Shown: piece by piece, positions 20,527 to 30,154 of the stretch
How the letters are laid out: every line of letters begins with the position of its first letter
How positions within the stretch are numbered: the first letter of the stretch is position 1
NCBI GenBank assembly: GCA_044223665.1
Contig: JBGALT010000015.1
Span: 10,810-74,809, forward strand
Length of the DNA: 64,000 bases
Direction: 5' to 3'
Source: Sandaracinaceae bacterium
GTDB taxonomy: Bacteria; Myxococcota_A; Polyangia; Polyangiales; Sandaracinaceae
Program-made: the position numbers and the translations under genes
Notes under the pieces: model-generated
Database searches by the model: none
Told to the model about the DNA's origin: nothing
What the model saw: the letters and a program-made list of their open reading frames with translations, nothing else

Positions 20527-21279
20527 GTGCGAGACGAGAGTGCCGATCCCGCGGCCACGCCCGCGGGCGGGACGGCGCGGCTCGCCGCTCTCGTCTCTCT
20601 CTCCGCCGTTCTTCTCGCGCTCGTGGCGGGCGGCTCCGTCGCGTCCGCGCAGCGACGCCCGCCGCCCGCGAGCCCCGACGACGTGCTGCTCGTCGGCTCG
20701 TCGTCGGTGGACGGCGCGTTCGGGCGCCTGATCGAGAGCGAGCTCGAGCACACGGGCATGCACGTCGGCCGCGTCGGGCACCCGGCGACCGGCCTGGCTC
20801 GGCCCGACTACTTCGACTGGAACGCCGAGATCGAGCGGCTCGGGGACCTCCATGCGCTTCGCGGCGTGCTGGTGCTGCTCGGCGGCAACGACACCCAACC
20901 GCTTCGGCTGACCGACGACGAGGCGCGCGCCGAAGGCCACCACGCGATCCGCTGGGCCGACGAGCAGCGATGGCGGGCCCTCTACGCCGCCCGCGTGACC
21001 CGCTTCGTCGATGGCCTCTGTACGGCCGGCGCGACGCGCGTCCTGGTGGTGCTGCCCACCGATGGCGCGATCGAGAGCTGGTCGGATCGCGTGCACCGCG
21101 TGCAGGAGGCACAGATCGACGGCACGCGTGCCTCGCGCTGTGGCGCCATCGTGGATCCGCGCGCAGTCTCGACGCGCGACGAGCGCTCGACCGTCGACGG
21201 CGTTCACCTCTCGCGACGCGGATCGCGCGCGGTGTGGGAGCTCATCGCCCCGATCGTGCAGCGCGCGCTCGCCGGCTGA
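20527..21279 (+). CDS. SGNH/GDSL-like hydrolase with N-terminal signal anchor
   Basis: Candidate starts are GTG 20527 or GTG 20488. TM/signal segment LAALVSLSAVLLALVAGGSVASA. Block I VGSSSVDG, block III LLGGNDT, block V DGVHLS. Confidence 0.6.
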   Translation: MRDESADPAATPAGGTARLAALVSLSAVLLALVAGGSVASAQRRPPPASPDDVLLVGSSSVDGAFGRLIESELEHTGMHVGRVGHPATGLARPDYFDWNAEIERLGDLHALRGVLVLLGGNDTQPLRLTDDEARAEGHHAIRWADEQRWRALYAARVTRFVDGLCTAGATRVLVVLPTDGAIESWSDRVHRVQEAQIDGTRASRCGAIVDPRAVSTRDERSTVDGVHLSRRGSRAVWELIAPIVQRALAG

Positions 21280-21353
21280 CCGCCCACACACGACGCGCCC
21301 GCACCCGCGACGGCTCCGCGCGGCGCCCGACGCGTCCTGCGTGGGTCTCGCGC

Positions 21354-22742
21354 CTACGGACAGCCCATCCCGTCGTCACCCGGGATGACGAACAGGACGT
21401 CCTCGGTGCCGATCCGGCTGCGACTCGCGTCACGGAACACCACCCGCGCGGGCACCTCGCGCCGCATCGTGCTGGGCGGCAGCCGCGAGCCGTCGACGGT
21501 GATCGTGTACGTGAGGCGGGTGCCCGGCACCACGCCCGCGAACGTGTTGCCCGAGATCCCGGCCACGTTGCTCATCGGGTCGGCGCGGCTCGCCGTCACG
21601 GCGACGACCAGCTCTCGCGCATCGAACCGATCCCCGGCCACGTCCTCGACCTCGGCGGACACGTCGAGCGGGACGTCGCGGGCCAGCGTCTCGAGCGCGT
21701 TCACGATGTCCTGGCCGATCCGGTCGCCCGCGTTGCCGATGTCGAAGACGAGCGGGCTGTGGTGCGTGTCGACGTCGGTGACGAGCTGCCGCAGGTGGTC
21801 GATCGGCGTCGGGCGCCCCGGATCGCTCGCGCCGAGGCCGATGACCGTGACCTCGAGGCCGCGTAGCGCCGCCACCGCTTCGGAGTACGTGTGGGGCGTC
21901 GCCGGGCTCGTGAACGAGTAGCTCGCGACCGGGGCCACGCCGGGCGGCCCGTTGTGCATGGGAGCGTCGGTCACGAGCAGCACCGTGCGGAACGCGTCGG
22001 CGCGGAAGCACGCGCCACCGGCGCCGCCCATCGGGCACCCGAACGAGGGATCGATGAACGGCGCGAGCCCCGCGCCCGTTCCCACCTGGAAGAGCGCCTC
22101 GACGTCCGCTTCGGGATCGTCGAGGTTTCCCCAGCTCGGGATGTTCTGGAACGTGGTCGCGAGGGTCTCCACGTCGGTCGTGATCGGAGAGCGCAGCTCG
22201 TAGGGCTTGACGCCCGAGCTGGGCCTGCCGTGCGGCAGGACCGGGAACTCGCCGAAGAACGCGAGGCCGAACGCGGCATCGGGGATGGCCTGGCGCACAC
22301 CGGGCACGACGACGTCGCGCAGGCCTCGTCGCACGTTGTCGATCTCGTCGCGCATGCTGCCGGTCGCGTCGATCACGAACATCACGTCGACGACCTGGAG
22401 CGTCGCCGGAATCGAGAAGTCCGCCGCCACCGGCCCTCCCGTCGGGGGCACGTCGATGCAGCGAGGCGGCATCCCGGCGTCCATCCCGGCATCGGTTCCT
22501 GCATCACGGCCCGCGTCGACGTCGGCGTCCGGCGTCTCGAGGCCCGTCTTCGCACCGCATCCGGCGATCGTGGCGCCCGATGCGGGTACGACGGTCGCCT
22601 CGGAACACCACCTGGAGCTGGAAGTGCTGCGGCCCGACGCCCGGCGCGACGGAGCCGTTGCGGAGCGTGAGCTGGAAGACCACGCGCGTACCGGTGCGCA
22701 CCTGCCGGAACACGCCCGCGGCGACGTCGATCGACTCGACAC
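21354..22742 (-). CDS. vWA-domain lipoprotein paralog (downstream copy; lacks a usable start and signal peptide)
   Basis: MIDAS-type DVMFVIDATGSM. The lipobox-like IAGCGAKTGLETPDA is homologous to the N-terminus of the upstream copy. The only upstream in-frame start is GTG 22742, inside the upstream gene. Confidence 0.6.
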   Translation of the reverse strand: MSSRSTSPRACSGRCAPVRAWSSSSRSATAPSRRASGRSTSSSRWCSEATVVPASGATIAGCGAKTGLETPDADVDAGRDAGTDAGMDAGMPPRCIDVPPTGGPVAADFSIPATLQVVDVMFVIDATGSMRDEIDNVRRGLRDVVVPGVRQAIPDAAFGLAFFGEFPVLPHGRPSSGVKPYELRSPITTDVETLATTFQNIPSWGNLDDPEADVEALFQVGTGAGLAPFIDPSFGCPMGGAGGACFRADAFRTVLLVTDAPMHNGPPGVAPVASYSFTSPATPHTYSEAVAALRGLEVTVIGLGASDPGRPTPIDHLRQLVTDVDTHHSPLVFDIGNAGDRIGQDIVNALETLARDVPLDVSAEVEDVAGDRFDARELVVAVTASRADPMSNVAGISGNTFAGVVPGTRLTYTITVDGSRLPPSTMRREVPARVVFRDASRSRIGTEDVLFVIPGDDGMGCP

Positions 22743-23826
22743 CGTCGGCCGGCTCCGCGCGCAGCGGCGTGACCGCCTGGACGAAGTCTCGTGGGTCGAC
22801 GCCGTCGCCTGGCATCGGATCGACGAGCGCGGTGTCGATGTCGAAGCGGATCACGTTCGCGAGCGTGGTGATCGCCTCGACCACGCTCGACGAGAGCGCC
22901 TCGCCGTGCACGCCGATGTCGAACACGAGCGGGCGCCCGAGGTCGTCGAGCGCGTCGGTGTCGGTCGCGACGCGGTTCAGCTCCGCGCGCGCGCCTCCGT
23001 CGATGCCCGAGAACAGGCCCATCACCCGCACGCCTCGGCCATCGAGCACCGAGAGCGCGTCGGCGTAGCGGTGCGGCGTGACGCTGCGGAGCAGCTCCGG
23101 GCAGTCGTCGGCGAAGAGGTTCGTGCCGCCCGGCCCCTCGTGCCAGAAGTCGTCGGTGAAGAGCAGGATCACGGGCAGCGCGTCGTTGCGGAAGCACGCG
23201 TAGCCGAAGCCGCCCTCGGGGCAGCCGAAGCTCGACGCGATGAAGCTGCCGAGCCCCTCGCCGGTCACGGTCTGGTAGAGCGCCTCGACCTGCGCCTCCG
23301 GCGGATCGCCACCGTTCGAGACGCCGATGGCGTTCACGGCCGTCTGCACGCGCGCGAGATCGCTCGTGACGGGGAGGACGAGGTTGTACGGGTGGTCCTC
23401 GCCCGTGCCGCAGGCCCGGACCGGGAAGTCGGCGAAGGTCGCGACGCCGAGCTCCGAGTCGGGGATCGCGGCGCTGATGCCGGGCGCGATCGTGTCGCGG
23501 AGCTCTGCCTGGATGTGGCCGATCTCCTGGCTCATCGAGCCGGTGACGTCGATGAGGAACACGACGTCGGCGCGCCCGAGCTCGACCTGCGTGTCGAGGG
23601 GCAGCTCCACCGGTCCCGCGTCGGGGTCGAGCTCGACACAGGGCAAGAACGCATCGAGCCCGACGTCCACACCGGCATCGCGCGGCCCGGTGTCGGAGCC
23701 GGCGTCGAGGCCCGCGTCGAGGTTCGCGTCCGGGACGTCCAGCCCCGTCTTGGCGCCGCACCCCGCCAGCAGCGCCGCGGTCATCGACAGCCACGTCACG
23801 GAAGCAAGGATCCGAGACCGCTCCAC
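22504..23826 (-). CDS. vWA-domain lipoprotein paralog (upstream copy)
   Basis: GTG 23826, signal peptide plus lipobox LLAGCGAKTGLDVPDA, and MIDAS DVVFLIDVTGSM. The last ~23 aa are Arg-rich and read through the paralog's lipobox region in another frame. Confidence 0.7.
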   Translation of the reverse strand: MERSRILASVTWLSMTAALLAGCGAKTGLDVPDANLDAGLDAGSDTGPRDAGVDVGLDAFLPCVELDPDAGPVELPLDTQVELGRADVVFLIDVTGSMSQEIGHIQAELRDTIAPGISAAIPDSELGVATFADFPVRACGTGEDHPYNLVLPVTSDLARVQTAVNAIGVSNGGDPPEAQVEALYQTVTGEGLGSFIASSFGCPEGGFGYACFRNDALPVILLFTDDFWHEGPGGTNLFADDCPELLRSVTPHRYADALSVLDGRGVRVMGLFSGIDGGARAELNRVATDTDALDDLGRPLVFDIGVHGEALSSSVVEAITTLANVIRFDIDTALVDPMPGDGVDPRDFVQAVTPLRAEPADGVESIDVAAGVFRQVRTGTRVVFQLTLRNGSVAPGVGPQHFQLQVVFRGDRRTRIGRHDRRMRCEDGPRDAGRRRRRGP

Positions 23827-23933
23827 CTCCCATTCGTAGCGCTCGCGCGCGAGGCCGTCGAGACGCGGAGATGGCGGGCTCTCGAACCTCCCCCATCGCC
23901 CGCGTCGCGCGACGATTCCGGGCTCCCGGAGGA

Positions 23934-24344
23934 TCAGGGCGCGCTGGCGCTGCCGGTGACGATCGCGAGGCGGAGCGCACCGGGAACCTGGGTGACCCGC
24001 AGGTCCACCACCCCGGCGTGGCGGAGCAGCGTGCAGACGCGCTCGATCGCGACCGGTCGGAGGCGACGCGTGCGCGAGAGGACGTGCCCCAAGAGCCCTT
24101 GATCGGCCACCGGGGCGACGACGATCAAGCGCTCGGTGCTGGCCGCCCCGCCGAGGCCCGCGGCGAACGACTCGATGCTCGAGGCGTCGAGCGTCGCGAT
24201 CGTGGCGCTCGCGCCCTCCCCTTCCCCGGCGGGCGTGACCGCGGGCGGAAGGGGCAGCTCGATCGGCGCCGCGCGCAGCACGCGGGCGCGCATCGGCTCG
24301 CTTCCCAGGGCGCGGCCCAGCGCCGCCGCGAGCGCCGCGCTCAC
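23934..24344 (-). CDS. hypothetical protein, translationally coupled to the CNNM/CorC-type gene
   Basis: Its GTG start overlaps the upstream stop (GTGA at 24341-24344). 136 aa, no family recognised. Confidence 0.4.
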   Translation of the reverse strand: MSAALAAALGRALGSEPMRARVLRAAPIELPLPPAVTPAGEGEGASATIATLDASSIESFAAGLGGAASTERLIVVAPVADQGLLGHVLSRTRRLRPVAIERVCTLLRHAGVVDLRVTQVPGALRLAIVTGSASAP

Positions 24345-25733
24345 GTGGGCTCGGTCGCGCTGCGCCCGACGCTCCCGCTCGTCTCGGGCTCGGGCTCGGG
24401 CTCGGTGCCGGCCGCGGGCGGCTGGACCGGTGGGCGCACGGTGTCCCGGCGCCGGATCTCCACGCGCCGTACGCGCCGCTCGTCGGCGTCCTTCACCACG
24501 AGGTCGAAGCCCTCGACGCGAACGCGCTCACCGACCTCGGGCACCTTGCCGGCGAGGTCGACCACGAGCCCGCCGAGGGAGTCGAAGCCGCCTTCTTCCG
24601 CCTTCACGAGCGAGGTCGAGAGCATCTCGCCGAGATCGTGGATGGAGACCCGCGCGTCGGCGAGATAGCGGCCCGGCTCCACCTCGGTGACGAGCGCTTC
24701 CTCGGTGTCGTGCTCGTCGTGGATCTCGCCGACGATCTCCTCGAGCACGTCCTCCAGGGTGACGATGCCGCTCGTACCGCCGAACTCGTCGATGGCGATC
24801 GCGAGGTGCTGGCGCTTGGCCTGCATCTCGCGGAGCAGCGCGTTGATCTTCTGCGTCTCGGGGACGAAGAGGACCTTGCTCCGCACCAGCTTGGCCAGCG
24901 TGGGCGCCTCCGCACCGCGCGAGGCGCCGAACAGATCCTTCGTGTAGAGGATTCCCTCGATCTTGTCGATCCGGTCGCCGTACACCGGATAGCGGCTGTG
25001 ACCTTCGGTGATCGCGCGCTTGATGACCTCGTCGATGGGAGTGTCCTTGGCGATCGCGACCATGCGCGTGCGGGGGACCATCACCTCGCGGACGAGCGTG
25101 TCCTTCAGCTCGAGCACGTTGAGCAGCATGTCGGCTGCCTCGAGCGTGCCTTCCTCCTCGCGCTTCTCGATCAGGTGCTCGACCTCGCGGGTGGCGATCT
25201 CGGGCGCCACGGCGTCGGCGTCCTCGGGGAAGTATCGCTCCGCGAGGCCGGCCACGAGCTGGATCGGCACGGCGAAGGGGGCCAGCAAGAGCTCGAGCGG
25301 GTAGAGCGCTCGGAGGAGCGGCATCGTGATCCGGTTGGCCCGCGAGCGGGTCCAGGTCTGGGCGAGCTCGGCGAGGATCGCGTAGCAGAGCGCGGCCGAG
25401 AACACGGCGACGAGGATCAGCCCCTCGTCGTCCAGCACGCGCGCGACGAGGTGCGCGGTGAACGCCGACACGCCGGCGACCGCGAGCACGCGCCCGGCGA
25501 GGATGCGCGCGCGGATCGTCTTGCGGTGCTCGAGCAGCCGTCCGGCGGTCTTTCCGTCGGGACCGCCCTCGTCTCGCAGCGCGAGCAGGCGCTCGGTCGG
25601 GAGCGTCGCGAGCGCCGTGGTGAGGCCCGACCGCGCCGATGCTCGCCGCCAGGAGGATCAGCACGATCTCCGGGCCGGGCCCGCCGAGGAGGGAGCCCGA
25701 CTGGAGGAAGAGTGCGTGGGAGAGTGGAGGCAC
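24341..25733 (-). pseudogene. hemolysin/CNNM-family protein (DUF21 TM domain + CBS pair + CorC_HlyC); apparent frameshift near 25625
   Basis: TM1 (GPEIVLILLAASIGAV, from GTG 25733) is in one frame. The rest (GLTTALATLPTERLLALRDEGG... CBS ... CorC) is in the frame of ORF 24341..25489. The span is 1393 nt, which is 3n+1. Confidence 0.8.
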
Positions 25734-25903
25734 GTGGGCTCGGGCGTCGCAGTGGAAGCGGACGCGCTGGGGACCGCCGAACGATGCTAGCGACGCCCCC
25801 CGTGCACCGCAAGGGACCGGGCCATGCTCGCGCCGCCCCACGCGGAAAAGATCCCATGTTTCTCGACTACCCCGCGGTCTGCGCGCTGGTAACATGGGCG
25901 GCC

Positions 25904-26728
25904 ATGCGCCGGGCATCCGTGGCCTCGGGGGAGCATCCGGCCGAGCCCGCCGGCGAGGCCAAACGGCTCGCGCGCGCGCAGTCGAAGATCCGCGTGGGCG
26001 CGGTCGTGACCTCGAGCATGGTCAGCCCTGGGCGGGTCGCCGACCGCCTCTCCGAGGTGCTCGCGCGCCGCGTGCTGCTGCGCACCTACTCGACGTACGC
26101 GGGCGTCGTCGAGGCGGTCTCCGATGGCGACGTCGATCTCGCTTGGCTGCCGCCCATCGCCTACGTCCGCGCTCGCCGCCTCTCCTGCGTCGAGCTGCTG
26201 GCCACGGTCGAGCGCGATGGAAGGCCGGCGTATGCCTCGGCGCTGCTCGCGCGGCCGGGGACGATCGGCGACTGGTCGAGCCTCGCCGGCAAGCGCGCGG
26301 CGTGGGTCGACAACTGGTCGGCCGCTGGGTACGTGGTTCCCCGACGCCTGCTGCGCGAGCACGGCGTCTCGCCCGACCTGATGCTCAAGGCGCAGGGGTT
26401 CCTCGGTAGCTACGACGCGGTGCTGGATGCGCTGGCCACCGGCGCGGCGGACGTCGGCGCATCCTTCTGCCAGATCGACGACAAGGGCACGATCGTGCGG
26501 CGCCCGTGGACCGACGAGCTCGACGTGCTCGCCGTGAGCGACGCGATCCCCGGAGACACGCTCTGCGCGGCCCGCACCGCCGACGCACTGCTCGTGGAGG
26601 ACGTGCGAGCGGCGATCGCCACACGCGAGATGCGCGCCGTCGTCGCGGAGCTCGGCGGCAGCCGCCTCGTCGAGGGAAACCCGGCCCGCTACGACGCGCT
26701 CGAGCGGGAGCTGTTCAGCGCCGGCTGA
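25904..26728 (+). CDS. PhnD-like periplasmic-binding-fold protein (phosphonate/phosphite SBP family), no obvious signal peptide
   Basis: ...YAGVVEAVSDGDVDLAWLPPIAYV...WSAAGYVVPRRLL...GSYDAVLDALATGAADVGA... fits the PhnD pattern. The start is ATG 25904 or ATG 25856. Confidence 0.6.
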   Translation: MRRASVASGEHPAEPAGEAKRLARAQSKIRVGAVVTSSMVSPGRVADRLSEVLARRVLLRTYSTYAGVVEAVSDGDVDLAWLPPIAYVRARRLSCVELLATVERDGRPAYASALLARPGTIGDWSSLAGKRAAWVDNWSAAGYVVPRRLLREHGVSPDLMLKAQGFLGSYDAVLDALATGAADVGASFCQIDDKGTIVRRPWTDELDVLAVSDAIPGDTLCAARTADALLVEDVRAAIATREMRAVVAELGGSRLVEGNPARYDALERELFSAG

Positions 26729-26865
26729 AGGGGCGCGAACAGCGCCGGTACGAGCCCGCATCTCCGGGCGAGCACGGGGGCCCACCGCGCGCGCGTCGCA
26801 GGGTGTGATCCGGACCAGTTGGCACTCCGGGGCGACTCGCGCTTGAATGCGCGCCGAGGTCCGCC

Positions 26866-27372
26866 ATGCGCTTCCGCTGCTCGAACGTCTTCCACTGCGA
26901 CGCCGAAACCTACTGGACGAAGGTCTTCTTCGACCCCGACTACAACAAGGGGCTCTACCTCGGGACGCTCGGCTTCAAGCAGTTCGAGATCCTCGATCTC
27001 ACGGGGGAGCCGGGCGGCGATCGCACGCGCAAGATGTTCACCGAGCCGAAGAGCGAGGCCCCGGCCGTCGTCACGAAGCTGATCGGTGGCGGGCTCTCGT
27101 ACACCGAGACCGGCCGCTTCGACGCGAAGTCGCAGAAGTGGACCTACTCGATCACCACCAACAAGCTCTCCGACAAGGTCCGCATCGGGGGCACGCTCTG
27201 GGTCGAGCCGCGCGGCGACAAGCGCATCGAGCGCATCTGCGAGGTCGACCTCGAAGTGAACGTCTTCGGCGTCGGCGGCGTCGTCGAGAAGTTCATCGCC
27301 GACACCACGCGCGAGAGCTACGAGAAGACGGCCGTCTACACCAACGCCTGGCTCGCCAAGCAAGGCCTCTGA
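26866..27372 (+). CDS. DUF2505-like (SRPBCC) protein
   Basis: 168 aa. MRFRCSNVFHCDAETYWTKVFFDPDYNKGLY... fits the DUF2505 pattern as I remember it. Confidence 0.5.
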   Translation: MRFRCSNVFHCDAETYWTKVFFDPDYNKGLYLGTLGFKQFEILDLTGEPGGDRTRKMFTEPKSEAPAVVTKLIGGGLSYTETGRFDAKSQKWTYSITTNKLSDKVRIGGTLWVEPRGDKRIERICEVDLEVNVFGVGGVVEKFIADTTRESYEKTAVYTNAWLAKQGL

Positions 27373-27445
27373 TCCGCGCGCCTCGCGCGCGCGTGGTACC
27401 GCACGTCGACGAGAGGAGCCCCGCGAGGGGAATCCCCGTCGCGCT

Positions 27446-28909
27446 TCAGTCCACGCCGCCCTCGGGACCGTTGTCGTGCGGCAGGCTCCCGCGGGGCGAG
27501 CGCAGGTACACGAACGGCGTGCTGGCGAGGAAGTTGGCGACCCGCGAGGTGTACACGTCGGCGTGGCGCTCGATCTGGCGCGCGAGGTGGCTCTTGTCGT
27601 TGCCCGTCCGCAGGATGAGACCCCAGCGCCGGTTCCCGAGCTCGCCCGAGGTGCGGGCCAGCGGCGCGATGCGCTCGTCGAGCGAGACCAGCTGCGTGCG
27701 CAGCTCGCGCATGTCCGCGCGCAAGCGCCCCACGTCGAGCCCTTCGATGCGAGGCCCGTACGCCTTGTCGGCGCGCTGCACGGCCAGGCGCATCAGCGAG
27801 TAGCGGTGCTCGAGCACCTCTTTCTCCTCCATCAGACGGGAGAGCTCGCGCTGGGCCGCCTTGAAGGTCTCGAGCGCCTCGAGCTCGCGCTCGAGCTCGC
27901 GCAGCACGAGGCAGGTGCGCCACCGGTTGATGCTCTTGCTGATGTTCACGTCGGCGAAGATGTGATCGCCGATGTAGAGGATGTCCTCGCCGCGCAGGCC
28001 GAGCGACTCCTCGACCAGACGCGCGTGCCCACCGAGGTAGACGCGCCTGGGCTCGAGCCGACCCGTGCGAGGCAGGAGGCGACCCTCTTCGTCGATCACG
28101 TCGAAGGCCGGCATGCGCTCGGTGAAGAAGGCCGGCTTGCGCGCACCGACGATCACCAGCTCGAAGAGCGAGCGCCACCCTCGGCCGTCGAGGAAGCGGT
28201 CGAAGACGTGGCTCATCATCGCCTGCGTGTAGCTCCACTCGCTGTTGGTGATGACGCAGAGCTTCTTGCCGGAGGCCTGCAGATCCATGAGCGCGAGCGG
28301 CAGCTCCGGATCGAGCACGACGTAGCGATCGGGGTCCTGTGCGATCTCGGCCTTGAGCTCGCCTTCGAGGTGCGAGGCGTCGAGAGCGCGGCGCACCTCG
28401 GCGTAGAGCGCCGCGTACGAGGCCGAGCGGAGCGCGGTCTCGGCGAGCTTGCCGCCATCGAAGAGATCGACGAGCTGCATGTAGAGGCAGGCCTCGGAGA
28501 GGCTGAACAGCGTGTTGGCGAACACCCAGCGCTTGTTGTCCGAGAGGTCCACGACCACGCGCTCGTACGCCGCGCGCTGGGCCTCGAACTCGAGCATCGA
28601 CGTGCCGTGGCACGCGCGCTTCACGTAGCCGAAGCGGTTGGCCTTCACGAGGTTGCCGAGCTCGGTGTCCACGATCAGCCCGATCGTCGCGAGCTCGGGG
28701 TCGAAGACCAGCCCGTCGACCGGGATCCCCGCCGCGCCGAGGCGGGCCCGCGCGTGCTCGTAGGCGCGCTGCTCCCAGCGGTCCACGTGGTAGTGGACGA
28801 GCGTGTAGTCCATGTCGAAGCCGATGGCCTCGATCGAGCGGAGGTTCAGCGTGCGGTTGCAGAAGATGCGCCGCGCGGGCGGCGGAAGTGACGCGTCGTC
28901 GACGATCAT
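27446..28909 (-). CDS. HAD-IG family 5'-nucleotidase
   Basis: ATG 28909. It has IFCNRTLNLRSIEAIGFDMDYTLVHY (the DMDYT nucleophile motif) and YIGDHIFADV. Confidence 0.85.
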   Translation of the reverse strand: MIVDDASLPPPARRIFCNRTLNLRSIEAIGFDMDYTLVHYHVDRWEQRAYEHARARLGAAGIPVDGLVFDPELATIGLIVDTELGNLVKANRFGYVKRACHGTSMLEFEAQRAAYERVVVDLSDNKRWVFANTLFSLSEACLYMQLVDLFDGGKLAETALRSASYAALYAEVRRALDASHLEGELKAEIAQDPDRYVVLDPELPLALMDLQASGKKLCVITNSEWSYTQAMMSHVFDRFLDGRGWRSLFELVIVGARKPAFFTERMPAFDVIDEEGRLLPRTGRLEPRRVYLGGHARLVEESLGLRGEDILYIGDHIFADVNISKSINRWRTCLVLRELERELEALETFKAAQRELSRLMEEKEVLEHRYSLMRLAVQRADKAYGPRIEGLDVGRLRADMRELRTQLVSLDERIAPLARTSGELGNRRWGLILRTGNDKSHLARQIERHADVYTSRVANFLASTPFVYLRSPRGSLPHDNGPEGGVD

Positions 28910-29029
28910 TCGTGCGAGGGTTAGGGCCCGGCTCGAGCCAAGTCCATCGGATCGGCGTCGGAGCGACCGGCGTCGAGCCCGGGGCAAGCCGTCCCGCGCG
29001 CGTCTCGAGCCCCGCCCTCCCCCGTGGAG

Positions 29030-30148
29030 TCACCGCGCCGCGCGGCGTGCGGCGGCGAACGTCGACGGGGTCTCTCCGGCGCCCGGCCGGATCGTGCCGC
29101 GCTCGGTGTAGAGGGCGCGCACGTAGCGAGCCGGCGTCACGTCGAACGCGGGATGCCGGCACGGCACGCCCTCCGGGACCATCACGCGCTCCCCGACGCG
29201 CGCGACCTCGTCGCGCGAGCGCTCTTCGATGGGGATCTCGGCGCCCGTCGGGGTCGCGAGGTCGACGGTGCTCCAGGGGGCGGCGACCGTGAACGGGACC
29301 TCGTGCGCCGCGCAGAGGACGGCATGGGCGTAGGTGCCGATCTTGTTGGCCGTGTCGCCGTTCGCGGCGATGCGATCGGCGCCGACGACCGCGAAGTGGA
29401 TCTCGCCCCGCCCGAGGAAGTGCGCGCTCATCCCGTCCGTGATGACCTCGACCGGAATCCCGTCCTCGTGGAGCTCGAACGCGGTCAGGCGGGCGCCCTG
29501 CAGGTACGGCCGCGTCTCGCAGGCGAGCACGCGCACGACCTTGCCGAGGGCGTGGGCCGCGCGGATCACGCCGAGCGCCGTGCCGAATCCACCGGTGGCG
29601 AGCGCCCCCGCGTTGCAGTGCGTGAGGATGGTCGCGCCCTCCGGCACGTCGGCCGCTCCGAGCGCGCCCATCGCGCGACACGACGCCACGTCCTCGAGGT
29701 GGATCTGCTCGGCCTCCGCGCGCATGGCCTCCGCCCGGTCGCGCGGCGCGAGACGGGCGACCTCGGCCGCGCGCCGCGACATCCGCGCGATCGCCCACGC
29801 GAGGTTCACGGCGGTGGGTCGTGTGCGGCCGAGCACGCGGCCGGCGCCGCCCATCGACGCCAGGAACGTCGCCGCGTCTCCGTCGACGCGGTGCGCGACC
29901 TGCGCCAGCCCGTAGGCAGCGGCGATGCCGATCGCCGGCGCGCCACGGACGACCATGTCGCGGATGCCCGCCGCGACGGCGTCCGGCTCGGTGCAGCGGA
30001 GGTAGACGCGCTCGTTCGGGAGGCGCCGCTGGTCGAGCAGGACCACGTCGAAGCTCGCCGGATCGATCTCGACGGCAGCGAACGTCGCGCTCCCCGAGAG
30101 CGGGGCGCGGCCGAGGGAGGGGAGCATCATGCGATCGCGTAGTACCAT
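29030..30148 (-). CDS. mtnA: S-methyl-5-thioribose-1-phosphate isomerase
   Basis: [59 protein letters not shown] and [18 protein letters not shown] motifs. Confidence 0.9.
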   Translation of the reverse strand: MVLRDRMMLPSLGRAPLSGSATFAAVEIDPASFDVVLLDQRRLPNERVYLRCTEPDAVAAGIRDMVVRGAPAIGIAAAYGLAQVAHRVDGDAATFLASMGGAGRVLGRTRPTAVNLAWAIARMSRRAAEVARLAPRDRAEAMRAEAEQIHLEDVASCRAMGALGAADVPEGATILTHCNAGALATGGFGTALGVIRAAHALGKVVRVLACETRPYLQGARLTAFELHEDGIPVEVITDGMSAHFLGRGEIHFAVVGADRIAANGDTANKIGTYAHAVLCAAHEVPFTVAAPWSTVDLATPTGAEIPIEERSRDEVARVGERVMVPEGVPCRHPAFDVTPARYVRALYTERGTIRPGAGETPSTFAAARRAAR

Positions 30149-30154
30149 GGCGTC

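Noticed and set aside
25600-25660. Programmed ribosomal frameshifting as the explanation for the CNNM and MBL frame breaks
   Set aside because: Neither site has a slippery heptamer (X XXY YYZ), a prfB/dnaX-like context or an obvious downstream pseudoknot. The breaks sit at plain G or C runs, so an indel is the simpler explanation.
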